Shown one piece after another: positions 9,732 through 18,228 of a stretch of 64,000 nt of DNA (its first letter is position 1; each line of letters begins with the position of its first letter). Source of the stretch: Nitrospira sp. (lineage in GTDB: Bacteria; Nitrospirota; Nitrospiria; Nitrospirales; Nitrospiraceae). The stretch spans positions 2,048,001 through 2,112,000 of the forward strand of contig AP038806.1 in assembly GCA_047150005.1 (NCBI GenBank), read 5' to 3'. The notes beneath the pieces are model-generated. The model saw only the letters and a program-made list of their open reading frames with translations, did no database searches and was not told the DNA's origin. The position numbers and the translations under genes were made by a program.

Positions 9732-10532
9732 ATGAGTCGGCTGTTGGTCTGTCCTCCGGACTATTTCGCGGTGGATTATGAGATCAATCCGTGGATGCAC
9801 CGGTCCAACGTCGTCAACAGAGAGCGGGCGGTCGCGCAGTGGCATCGTCTCGTCCGGGTGTTGGAAGAGGAGTTGGGCGTGACGCTGGAACGGATGAAGC
9901 CGGTCCCGGGTCTGCCGGATCTGGTCTTCACCGCCAATGCCGGTGTGGTGTTCGGCGGCAAGGCGGTTCCGAGCCGGTTTCGGTATCCGGAGCGGCGGCG
10001 AGAGGAAACCTACTTCGACGCGTGGTTTCGCGAACAGGGTTATGAGGTCACGAACCTGGATGAAGGCCTGTACTTTGAAGGGGCCGGGGATCTCTTGGGT
10101 TTTTCCGACGGGTGGTTCGGAGGCTACCGGCAGCGATCGGACATCCGCGCCTTTTCGATTCTTGGCGAGATCTTTGGAAAGGAAATTCTCCCGGTCGAAT
10201 TGGTGGACGGCCGGTTCTATCACTTGGACACCTGCTTCTGCCCGCTCAGCGGAGGGGAATTGCTCTACTATCCTCTCGCGTTCGATGACTACGGCCGGGC
10301 GGCGATTGTCGAACGACTGGATGCGCGGCGGCGGCTTGAGGTGCCGGAGGAAGAGGCGCTCAAGTTTGCCTGCAATGCCGTGTGCATCGGCCGACACGTC
10401 GTGCTGCCGGAGGGTTGTCCCAAGACCATGACCCTCCTGGAGTCTCACGGCTACCGCCCGTATCCTCTCCCGTTGGACGAATTCATGAAGTCCGGCGGCT
10501 CCGCCAAGTGCCTGACCTTGGCGCTCTCATGA
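9732..10532 (+). CDS. Amidinotransferase/DDAH-superfamily protein, arginine dihydrolase-like (ArgZ N-terminal-like)
   Basis: CPPDYFAVDYEINPWM, LPDLVFTANAG, FEGAGD, FYHLDTCF, EFMKSGGSAKCLTL (catalytic Cys). Confidence 0.88.
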   Translation: MSRLLVCPPDYFAVDYEINPWMHRSNVVNRERAVAQWHRLVRVLEEELGVTLERMKPVPGLPDLVFTANAGVVFGGKAVPSRFRYPERRREETYFDAWFREQGYEVTNLDEGLYFEGAGDLLGFSDGWFGGYRQRSDIRAFSILGEIFGKEILPVELVDGRFYHLDTCFCPLSGGELLYYPLAFDDYGRAAIVERLDARRRLEVPEEEALKFACNAVCIGRHVVLPEGCPKTMTLLESHGYRPYPLPLDEFMKSGGSAKCLTLALS

Positions 10533-10548
10533 TCCTTAAAAGGCCGTG

Positions 10549-10600
10549 GGCTGCGTGCTCGCATCGCTCAATACCTGCGGCGTACGGTAAAGAGTACGCC
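10549..10600. repeat. Truncated second copy of the 3499-3620 repeat
   Basis: GGCTGCGTGCTCGCATCGCTCAA...CGTAC...GTACGCC, again between convergent genes. Confidence 0.5.
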
Positions 10601-10968
10601 TATTTCTTCCTGAACAGAAACGCGCCGTAGAGACCGGCGATGGCGATCGTGACGAGTTCGATCGTCAACAGTAGGCGGCTGATGATGGCGTCGGGAGCCG
10701 GAGGGGCAAGAACAAACCGGAGTCCCAGGAATTCCGGTTCCTGCGAGGAAGGGGTTTCCCAGGGGGGAAAGACTATCGCCAGAATGAGCGCCCCCACCAT
10801 GCCGTACAGGGCGTGATGATTCAAGGATTCCGGTTCGTCCCGTGGAGCGGAGGTCCCGGTCTCGGGCGGCTGATCCTGGAAGGAATAGGCGTCCAGACGC
10901 TGGCCGCACTCCGTGCAATACCGATTCAGCTCCGGGAGTTCTCGACGGCAGGATGGACAGGTTTTCAT
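10600..10968 (-). CDS. Zinc-ribbon domain membrane protein
   Basis: CPSC..CTECG N-terminus plus two TM helices. Confidence 0.8.
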   Translation of the reverse strand: MKTCPSCRRELPELNRYCTECGQRLDAYSFQDQPPETGTSAPRDEPESLNHHALYGMVGALILAIVFPPWETPSSQEPEFLGLRFVLAPPAPDAIISRLLLTIELVTIAIAGLYGAFLFRKK

Positions 10969-11041
10969 AGGCGATTGCCGTGGGAGGCTACACGGAATCG
11001 CGGCGATTTACTAGATGGCAGGGTCTCGGAAACGTCCTCCG

Positions 11042-11767
11042 TCAGAAATGAAAGCTGACGCCGAGGCTGAGGTTCAGCGCCCCATAGTTTGCCTTGAATG
11101 CGAACGGATCCGCGGCAGGATTGTTGTCGTTCGATGAGTAGTTCATTCTGGCCCAGTGATATTGTGCCTCTCCGAAGAGCGCCCATCGGCGAGTGAAGTA
11201 ATAGCGGACGCCTCCCTCCACGTTCACGCCAATATTCGTTGCCGATTGTCCGGGAGGAGCGGTCGGACCGGTCAGTTGTCCGAAGAACAGCGCCGGCCCC
11301 ACGCCCACGTAGGGCTGAAACCGGTATTTTGGGTATCGGAGCATGAGGGTTGCAATATCCCAGATGATCATGCGCTGATAGACGCCGGCAAATGTTCCGA
11401 GGTTAGCTGTCCCGCCGGGCCCACTGAGCGTCAGTGATCCCTGCTTGATGTGGGGATTGGCAAAGGATACACCGGTTTCGATACCGATCCAGCGTGCCTT
11501 CGAAAAATAGTGGCCCAGTTTGGCGCCCAGCATAATGGAGTTCTTCAGCGCTTGGTCGGAATCGATGGTGAGGCCTCCGAAGCCATTCTGTGTGACCTCT
11601 CCGTTACTGAGCGGTTGCGGGAACGTCATGCCGACCTGGCCGCCGACGTAGGTCTCCGCCCGCAAGGACGTGACCAGTGCGAACGTGCAGCCCAAGATTG
11701 TCGCCAACGCGATCGGCCAACCGCCCAGTCGTGTGATGCTCATATGCCGGTTCCTCACTGGTTTCAT
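11042..11767 (-). CDS. Outer-membrane beta-barrel protein (OmpA/OmpW-like)
   Basis: Signal peptide, PYVGVG strand, terminal aromatic beta-signal GVSFHF; start could be at 11743. Confidence 0.85.
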   Translation of the reverse strand: MKPVRNRHMSITRLGGWPIALATILGCTFALVTSLRAETYVGGQVGMTFPQPLSNGEVTQNGFGGLTIDSDQALKNSIMLGAKLGHYFSKARWIGIETGVSFANPHIKQGSLTLSGPGGTANLGTFAGVYQRMIIWDIATLMLRYPKYRFQPYVGVGPALFFGQLTGPTAPPGQSATNIGVNVEGGVRYYFTRRWALFGEAQYHWARMNYSSNDNNPAADPFAFKANYGALNLSLGVSFHF

Positions 11768-11835
11768 GTGGCTCTGGCTATCCTATCGGTCCATCGGATT
11801 CCTGCGAAGATAATTGTGAAATCCAGGCGAGGGTG

Positions 11836-11851
11836 AGCAAGCCATATGCCA
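11836..11851 (-). promoter_or_regulatory. Sigma54 (-24/-12) promoter of the beta-barrel gene
   Basis: Reverse complement TGGCAT-ATGGC-TTGCT matches TGGCAC-N5-TTGCW. Confidence 0.7.
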
Positions 11852-11956
11852 TCGGACAGGGAGCCAACGGCCTGAATATTCGATGATCGATCTGTCTCGT
11901 TCGCGCACACTGTCCGTTTGACCAGTCGAACGGTACGGCTTGTGAACACTCGTCGG

Positions 11957-11986
11957 TTGACAGTGAAAAGATCGGATTTCTATAAT
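11957..11986 (+). promoter_or_regulatory. Consensus sigma70 promoter of gpsA-larB (TTGACA-N18-TATAAT)
   Basis: Both hexamers are perfect consensus. Confidence 0.75.
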
Positions 11987-12056
11987 CGACCTCCACCAGA
12001 GCGCGGCTGCCCGTCACCAGTGCGGGGCAGACCTCCGACCTAGAAATCTAACCACC

Positions 12057-13073
12057 ATGCCCATCACGCGTATCGGAGTCGTCGGTGCCGGAGCCTGGGG
12101 AACTGCCCTCGCCAAGCATTTGGCCGAAAAGGGTCTTCTCGTGCGACTCTGGGCCTATGAACGGGAGGTCGTCGACTCGATTCATACGTCGCATGAAAAC
12201 CGGCTCTTTCTTCCCGGTGTGGCCTTGCCGCGGTCGCTGGTGGCCACCAACATTCTGGGAGAGGCGGTGCAGGATTGTGACGGACTCCTGTTCGTCGTTC
12301 CATCGCACGTCGCCCGGTCCGTGTTACGCGAGATGGCTCCGCTCATCTCCACGGAGCTTCCGATCATCAGTGCGACCAAAGGGGTGGAGGAGGATTCGCT
12401 TCAGTTGATGTCGCAGATCATGGACGACGTGCTCCCGCGGCCCATACGCGACCGAATCCTCGTGCTGTCGGGACCGAGTTTTGCCGCGGAGGTCAGCCGG
12501 GGCCAGCCGACTGCGCTCTGCTTGGCCGGCCGCGACGGTGAATTGGTTGCCGCCCTTCAGGAGGCCTGCATGACGTCGGCGCTGCGGATCTATGCCGACA
12601 GCGATCTTATCGGCGTCCAATTGGGCGGCGCCCTCAAGAATGTCATGGCGCTTGCCGCGGGAGTGGTCGATGGCCTCGGTCTCGGCCACAACACGCGTGC
12701 GGCCCTGATCACCAGAGGTCTTGCGGAGATGGTTCGCCTGGGCACGGCCATGGGCGCGGACCCCAGAACGTTCTACGGCCTGTCCGGTGTCGGGGATCTG
12801 GTGTTGACCTGTACCGGGACCTTAAGCCGCAACCATACGGTCGGGGTCCGGTTGGGGAGCGGTGAAAAACTTGAGACGGTGCTGAGCGGTATGCAGGCCG
12901 TGGCCGAAGGGGTTCGGACCGCGAGAGCCGCTTTGGGACTCGCCCGCCGGGCGAGGGTGGAAATGCCCATCGTGCAGGAAATCAACGCGGTGCTATTCGA
13001 GGGAAAATCCTGCCGCCGGGCCGTCACCGATCTGATGGAGCGCGGGGCGAAGGCAGAGAAGGGCGCCGCATGA
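12057..13073 (+). CDS. gpsA: NAD(P)H-dependent glycerol-3-phosphate dehydrogenase
   Basis: GAGAWGTALA, ATKGVE, LSGPSFAAEV, GGALKNV, GLSGVGDLVLTC..SRN. Confidence 0.97.
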   Translation: MPITRIGVVGAGAWGTALAKHLAEKGLLVRLWAYEREVVDSIHTSHENRLFLPGVALPRSLVATNILGEAVQDCDGLLFVVPSHVARSVLREMAPLISTELPIISATKGVEEDSLQLMSQIMDDVLPRPIRDRILVLSGPSFAAEVSRGQPTALCLAGRDGELVAALQEACMTSALRIYADSDLIGVQLGGALKNVMALAAGVVDGLGLGHNTRAALITRGLAEMVRLGTAMGADPRTFYGLSGVGDLVLTCTGTLSRNHTVGVRLGSGEKLETVLSGMQAVAEGVRTARAALGLARRARVEMPIVQEINAVLFEGKSCRRAVTDLMERGAKAEKGAA

Positions 13074-13843
13074 ACCGGCAACGCCTGGAACAGATGTTGG
13101 ATCGCGTGCGCCTCGGTAGGTTGTCCGTCAGTCAGGCCGTGGACCAGCTTCGGTCCTTGCCCTTCGAAGATTTGGGCTTTGCGTCACTCGACCATCATCG
13201 CGCGATCCGGCAAGGATTCCCCGAGGTCGTACTCTGCGAGGGAAAGACGCCGGCTCAGGTGCGCAGCATCGCCAAATCGCTGCTCGCCCATCACCGGCCG
13301 TTCTTGGCGACACGGGCGACGCCTGAAGTCGCGGCGGTCATTACCAGGCTCCACCGTCGGGCGGTCTACCACAAGGACGCCCGTGTCGTCGCCCTGCGCG
13401 ATCCCGGCCGGCGGCCCGTGGGGCTGGTGCTCGTCGTGACCGCCGGGACGTCGGATGTTCCGGTCGCCGAGGAGGCTAAGATCACGGCGGAAACCATGGG
13501 AAGCCGGGTTGAGACCCTCTATGATGTCGGTGTCGCCGGCATTCACCGGTTGCTGGATCGCCGCAGCCGGTTGCTGTCGGCGAGGGTGATTGTGGTGATT
13601 GCCGGCATGGACGGCGTGCTTCCGAGCGTCGTGGGCGGACTCGTGTCCTGCCCGGTCGTGGCGGTACCGTCCAGTCGCGGTTATGGGGCGAGTTTCGGGG
13701 GAGTGGCGGCGCTTCTCACAATGCTGAATTCCTGTGCGGCAGGCGTCGGGGTGATGAACATCGACAACGGATTCGGCGCCGGATGCCTGGCGCACCGGAT
13801 CAACATCATGGGTGAAGCGTCGTTCGTGAAGCGTCGTTCGTAA
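13070..13843 (+). CDS. larB: Nickel-pincer cofactor biosynthesis carboxylase LarB
   Basis: LDHHRAIRQGFPEVV..EGKT, TAGTSDVPVAEEA, DVGVAGIHRL, AGMDGVLPSVV, VMNIDNGFGA. Confidence 0.93.
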   Translation: MNRQRLEQMLDRVRLGRLSVSQAVDQLRSLPFEDLGFASLDHHRAIRQGFPEVVLCEGKTPAQVRSIAKSLLAHHRPFLATRATPEVAAVITRLHRRAVYHKDARVVALRDPGRRPVGLVLVVTAGTSDVPVAEEAKITAETMGSRVETLYDVGVAGIHRLLDRRSRLLSARVIVVIAGMDGVLPSVVGGLVSCPVVAVPSSRGYGASFGGVAALLTMLNSCAAGVGVMNIDNGFGAGCLAHRINIMGEASFVKRRS

Positions 13844-13881
13844 GTCCGGTGCGAGATACGAGCGACGAACGACGAGATACG
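13812..13881. repeat. Inverted heptamer-repeat arms (GTGAAGC/GTCGTTC vs ACGAGAT/ACGAACG) between convergent genes; possible bidirectional terminator
   Basis: (GTGAAGCGTCGTTC)x2 facing GCGAGATACGAGCGACGAACGACGAGATACG; CGTCGTTCGT pairs with ACGAACGACG. Confidence 0.7.
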
Positions 13882-13885
13882 GGCG

Positions 13886-14440
13886 TTACTTCACTTCAAC
13901 CGTTCCCCGCTTCGGCCAAGATACCATGAGTGTTCTCGGCCCCTTCTCGCCGTTGGCCAGGAGCTTGGCCCGCATTTCGTAATGATACAGGCCCGCGCCG
14001 GCCGGCATTTTCTGGTGGTCCATTCCGTCCCACGTCAAGACGATGGGAAGCCGTGGAAACTCCGTGGGGGTGGCCGCGGGAATGTCATGATCATCGAGCG
14101 GCTTGCGCGTCGAGAGGAAGCGGATCGATGTCTTGGACGGAGATGTGACCAGCGACGAGACCTCGAGCAGGGTCGCGCCGTCCAAGTCTTTTGGAAGCTG
14201 CACCACGGCGGAGAATTCCAGCCGGCCGGCCGCCACGCTGTACGGGGTCGGGCTGATCTTGAACTCCAGAATTTTCAGATCCGGTTCCGGTCGCGGCGCG
14301 CGTGGAGACTTTGATTTTGCGAGAGCCGGTCCCGGCATGAGAAACAGGACGGCCAAAGAAACGCAGAGCCAGCCAGGGACCTCACGGCGGCGTGCGCCGT
14401 TCTTCGTAGTCTTGTCAGTGGAAGGAAACGAACACAACAT
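13886..14440 (-). CDS. Hypothetical exported protein with a FlgD-Ig-like C-terminus; start uncertain
   Basis: Hydrophobic signal (WLCVSLAVLFLMPGPALA), LTWDGMD....GAGLYHY motif. Confidence 0.65.
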   Translation of the reverse strand: MLCSFPSTDKTTKNGARRREVPGWLCVSLAVLFLMPGPALAKSKSPRAPRPEPDLKILEFKISPTPYSVAAGRLEFSAVVQLPKDLDGATLLEVSSLVTSPSKTSIRFLSTRKPLDDHDIPAATPTEFPRLPIVLTWDGMDHQKMPAGAGLYHYEMRAKLLANGEKGPRTLMVSWPKRGTVEVK

Positions 14441-14595
14441 GCGGCTGTCTGACGGCTCACAGATTGGCGCGGGGCGGATGACCCGCGTCCGTGGGATAGC
14501 ACAGCTTCCGATACCTGTCAATGCACGCATTGCCGTTCCGGACGGCCTTGGGTAAGATGGCGCGCTTCTTTTCGCCGTGCCATGTGAGGTAAACG

Positions 14596-15798
14596 ATGGG
14601 CGCGCATCTTCATTTCGATTGTTTTTCAGGAATCAGCGGCGACATGACGCTGGGTGCGCTGGTGGACGTCGGAGTGCCGTTCGACGATCTGGTGCGGGGT
14701 CTCAAGCGTCTCGGCGTCTCCGGCTTTCGATTGCGCCGCCGCCGCGTGCGGCGGGCCGCACTCCATGCGACGAAAATCGACGTGGTGCTTCGCGCGGGGT
14801 TGCGGGCGCCCTTGTCCCTGAAACAGATCCACGCAGTCCTCTCGAGGAGCCGACTGTCCCCGCAGGTCAAGCTCCGGAGCCGGACGGTGTTTGACCGATT
14901 GGCCGAGGCCGAAAGCCGAGCACATCGTGTTCCGAAGGGCCACGTGCACTTCCATGAAGTCTCCGTGTTGGACTCCTTCGTGGACATCGTCGGCAGCCTG
15001 ATCGGGTGTGAAATCTTGGACGTATCCCGAGTGACGGCGTCGGCGGTCAACGTCGGGGGTGGCACCCTGCAATCGGCTCACGGGACATTGCCGGCGCCCG
15101 GACCGGCGGTGGCGATTCTCGCGACGGGTATGCCGATCTACAGCGCTGGTCCTCCCCGGGAGTTGGCGACCCCGACCGGTGTCGCGCTCCTGCGGAGTCT
15201 CACGACCGAGTTCGGTCCCATGCCGCTTCTCTCGCCCGGTGCAATCGGCTATGGAGCGGGTGATGCCAATCCCGCGGATTGGCCCAACGTGCTGCGGGTG
15301 TTTCTCTCCTCGGCGAAGGCCGGGCCGGGCCGCGAACAGGATCGGGTCGTGCACATCGAAACCAATCTGGACGACGTGAACCCGCAAACGTATGAACATA
15401 TCGTGGAGCGGCTCTTTCAACGGCACGCGCTCGACGTCACGCTGACCCCCGTCATCATGAAGCGCGGAAGACCGGGGATCGTGCTCGCGGCCCTTGCCGC
15501 TCCCGAGCGCGCACAGGCCCTCCTGGACGTGTTGTTCGAGGAGACCACCGCCCTGGGTGTCCGAGTGCAGGAGGTCGTGAGACAGGTCCTGCCTCGCCGA
15601 TTCGTGACGGTACGACTTCCCGGAGGGTCGGTTCGGATCAAGGTTGCGGATCTCGATCGAGAACATACGAAGGCCTCTCCCGAGTACCTCGACTGCAAAC
15701 GAATCGCCGAACGGACGGGGCGTCCGGTGAAGGCCGTCATGGAGGAGGCCGCGGTGTCCTATCGTCGAGGCCGTGCGGACAAGAAGGACCGCGCGTGA
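14596..15798 (+). CDS. larC: Nickel insertase LarC (single fused ORF)
   Basis: FDCFSGISGDMTLGALVD, HFHEV..DSFVDIVG, ELATPTG, IETNLDD, MKRGRPG, ETTALGVR, PEYLDC. Confidence 0.93.
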   Translation: MGAHLHFDCFSGISGDMTLGALVDVGVPFDDLVRGLKRLGVSGFRLRRRRVRRAALHATKIDVVLRAGLRAPLSLKQIHAVLSRSRLSPQVKLRSRTVFDRLAEAESRAHRVPKGHVHFHEVSVLDSFVDIVGSLIGCEILDVSRVTASAVNVGGGTLQSAHGTLPAPGPAVAILATGMPIYSAGPPRELATPTGVALLRSLTTEFGPMPLLSPGAIGYGAGDANPADWPNVLRVFLSSAKAGPGREQDRVVHIETNLDDVNPQTYEHIVERLFQRHALDVTLTPVIMKRGRPGIVLAALAAPERAQALLDVLFEETTALGVRVQEVVRQVLPRRFVTVRLPGGSVRIKVADLDREHTKASPEYLDCKRIAERTGRPVKAVMEEAAVSYRRGRADKKDRA

Positions 15799-16802
15799 AT
15801 CTGCTGCTGTACGGTCTTCTGTTCGTGGCCTCGGTGATTGTGACGCTGGGCGCCTGCGCCCTGTTTACGAACGCCATTGAGTGGCTGGGGAAACGGCTCA
15901 ATCTGTCCGAGGGAGCCGTCGGAAGCGTCTTGGCCGCGATCGGCACCACGCTGCCGGAGACGTCCATTCCAATCGTCGCCATCTTTTTCGGTGCGACCCG
16001 CGAAGAAGCCGAAGTCGGCCTCGGCGCGATTCTTGGTGCTCCGTTCATGCTGAGCACGCTGGTGATTCCGATCCTGGCGATGCTGCTTGTGCTCTACGCC
16101 GGTCTCGGGAAACGAGGCGGCGCCTTCCGGCTGAATTATAGAGAGGTCTCCGTCGACCTGGCCTTTTTCGCGGCGGCGTATGTGGTGGCGCTCGGCTGTG
16201 TCTTCGCTCCGGCTTCCGTCCATATCGCGGCGGCGGTGGCCCTTATGGCCTGGTATCTCTACTACGTCAAACTGAAGTTCGCGGACACGGGTGACGCTGA
16301 AGAAGGGGAACTGGACGAACTGAGCGCGCTGTTCTTCGCCAGACGGGCGCACACTCCGTCCTACGGCCTGATCGTGCTGCAAGCCCTGGCCGGTTTGGGC
16401 GGCCTGGTGGTCGGCGCGCATATGTTCGTGACGGCGGCCGAATCCGCGGCCCAGTTCCTGTCGATTTCGCCGCTGATCCTGTCGCTGCTGATTGCGCCGC
16501 TGGCGACCGAATTGCCGGAGATGTCGAACAGCTTTCTGTGGCTCTACCAGAAGAAGGATCGCTTGGCGGTCGGAAACGTCACCGGTGCCATGGTGTTCCA
16601 AGGCACCATTCCGGTCTCCGTCGGATTGCTCGGCACTGAGTGGGCGCTTGCCTCCTCCGCGCGTCTGACGATGATGCTGGCCGTCGTCGCGACGCTGACA
16701 CTCTTGCTCCAGTCGGCCGTAGGGCGCCTCTGGCGGCCGTGGTTGATGAGCGCCTGCGCGCTCCTTTATATAGGGTATGCCATCTTTCTCTATGGCTTAT
16801 GA
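15795..16802 (+). CDS. Sodium:calcium antiporter (CaCA family)
   Basis: Two alpha-repeats GTTLPE and ATELPE, about 10 TM segments; GTGA overlap with larC. Confidence 0.88.
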   Translation: MNLLLYGLLFVASVIVTLGACALFTNAIEWLGKRLNLSEGAVGSVLAAIGTTLPETSIPIVAIFFGATREEAEVGLGAILGAPFMLSTLVIPILAMLLVLYAGLGKRGGAFRLNYREVSVDLAFFAAAYVVALGCVFAPASVHIAAAVALMAWYLYYVKLKFADTGDAEEGELDELSALFFARRAHTPSYGLIVLQALAGLGGLVVGAHMFVTAAESAAQFLSISPLILSLLIAPLATELPEMSNSFLWLYQKKDRLAVGNVTGAMVFQGTIPVSVGLLGTEWALASSARLTMMLAVVATLTLLLQSAVGRLWRPWLMSACALLYIGYAIFLYGL

Positions 16803-16857
16803 GAAGGTTAAGGCTGAGGTTTAGGCTCGACCACTTGCTGAAGATGCAGCCCCGACA

Positions 16858-17886
16858 ATGAAACAACAGAACACAAAGCTGCCGCTGCTGGGCATTACGA
16901 TGGGCGATCCTGCCGGAATCGGTCCGGAGGTGATCGTCAAGGCGTTGGCCGGCTCGCGAGTGCGACGCCTGTGTTTGCCGTTGGTGATTGGATCGCATTC
17001 GATCATGCGAGAGACGGTCAAGCGTCTGGGCCTCACGCTCGACGTGGCGCCGGTGGGCGGCCACGGGCAGGCGTCGTTCCGGCGCGGTCGGATTTCGGTC
17101 TTGGATCCAATAGAAGAGCCGCTCGGTCGGATCAGGCTCGGTGTCGCGACTCCGGAGAGCGGAGCTGCCTCCGTCGCCTTCATCAAGAAGGGGGTGCAGC
17201 TTGCGCAGATCGGCTGTATCGACGGGATCGTCACGGCGCCGATCAACAAGGAAGCGATCAACATGGCCGGCTGCCATTTTCCCGGCCATACGGAGCTGCT
17301 GGCCGATCTCACGAAGGCGAAAGAATCCGGCATGATGATCGTCGGCGGACCGCTGAAGATCATGTTCGTCACGACCCATGTGGCCATCAAGGAACTCCCG
17401 GCTCAGTTGACGAGACCGAAGATTGAGAAAGGCATCCGCCTCGCGCACGCGGCATTGACCAGGTTGTTCGGTCTCAAACGGCCTCGAATCGGCGTGGCCG
17501 CGCTCAACCCTCATGCCGGCGAGCACGGGTTGTTCGGCGATGAAGAAGCGCGCCTCGTCGGCCCTGCCGCCCGCGCGGCGCGTCGGCAGGGGATCCTGGC
17601 GAGCGATCCGTTGCCGGCGGACACATTGTTCGGCAAGGCGGCGCGCGGGGAGTTCGACGGGGTGGTGGCCCTGTACCATGATCAAGGGCTCATTCCCCTC
17701 AAGCTCGTGGCCTTCGGCACCTGCGTCAATCTGACGGTCGGCTTGCCGATCATCCGCACCTCCGTCGATCACGGGACGGCCTTCGATATCGTCGGCAAGG
17801 GGATTGCCGATCCGGGAAGCCTCATCGAGGCTATCGTGCTGGCGGCGGGCCTCGCAGCGAGACGACAGCGTTTCCAGACGGCATAG
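16858..17886 (+). CDS. pdxA: 4-hydroxythreonine-4-phosphate dehydrogenase PdxA
   Basis: TMGDPAGIGPE, TAPINK, GHTE, LNPHAGE, YHDQG, RTSVDHGTAFDI. Confidence 0.96.
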   Translation: MKQQNTKLPLLGITMGDPAGIGPEVIVKALAGSRVRRLCLPLVIGSHSIMRETVKRLGLTLDVAPVGGHGQASFRRGRISVLDPIEEPLGRIRLGVATPESGAASVAFIKKGVQLAQIGCIDGIVTAPINKEAINMAGCHFPGHTELLADLTKAKESGMMIVGGPLKIMFVTTHVAIKELPAQLTRPKIEKGIRLAHAALTRLFGLKRPRIGVAALNPHAGEHGLFGDEEARLVGPAARAARRQGILASDPLPADTLFGKAARGEFDGVVALYHDQGLIPLKLVAFGTCVNLTVGLPIIRTSVDHGTAFDIVGKGIADPGSLIEAIVLAAGLAARRQRFQTA

Positions 17887-17901
17887 GAGGACATTGGAAC
17901 C

Positions 17902-18228
17902 ATGATGCAGGATACATCCAAAGGGCTGGCCGTGATTCGACAGCAGTTGCAGGAACTCGAGCAGATCGAGCAGGAGACGATAGGAACGCTCAACACCACC
18001 GCGGGGACCGAGCGGGTTGCCAAGTGGAGGGTCAAAACGGTGGCATTACTGACCGATTCGCTCGGACAGAAAGCCGGACAGGACTTTGCGAAGATCCAGC
18101 CGGGCCCCTCCTTCTCGAACGATCTGGTCGAAGAATTTACCGACCTCATCGAGTGTTTCCGGGGTCCGCTGACAGCCTTGTCGAAGACGACGGCTCAAGC
18201 GGCTCAGCGCCCGGCCGGCGGAGGGTGA
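17902..18228 (+). CDS. Conserved hypothetical protein
   Basis: Good RBS (GGAGG), fills the pdxA-rsmA gap in operon orientation. Confidence 0.75.
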   Translation: MMQDTSKGLAVIRQQLQELEQIEQETIGTLNTTAGTERVAKWRVKTVALLTDSLGQKAGQDFAKIQPGPSFSNDLVEEFTDLIECFRGPLTALSKTTAQAAQRPAGGG

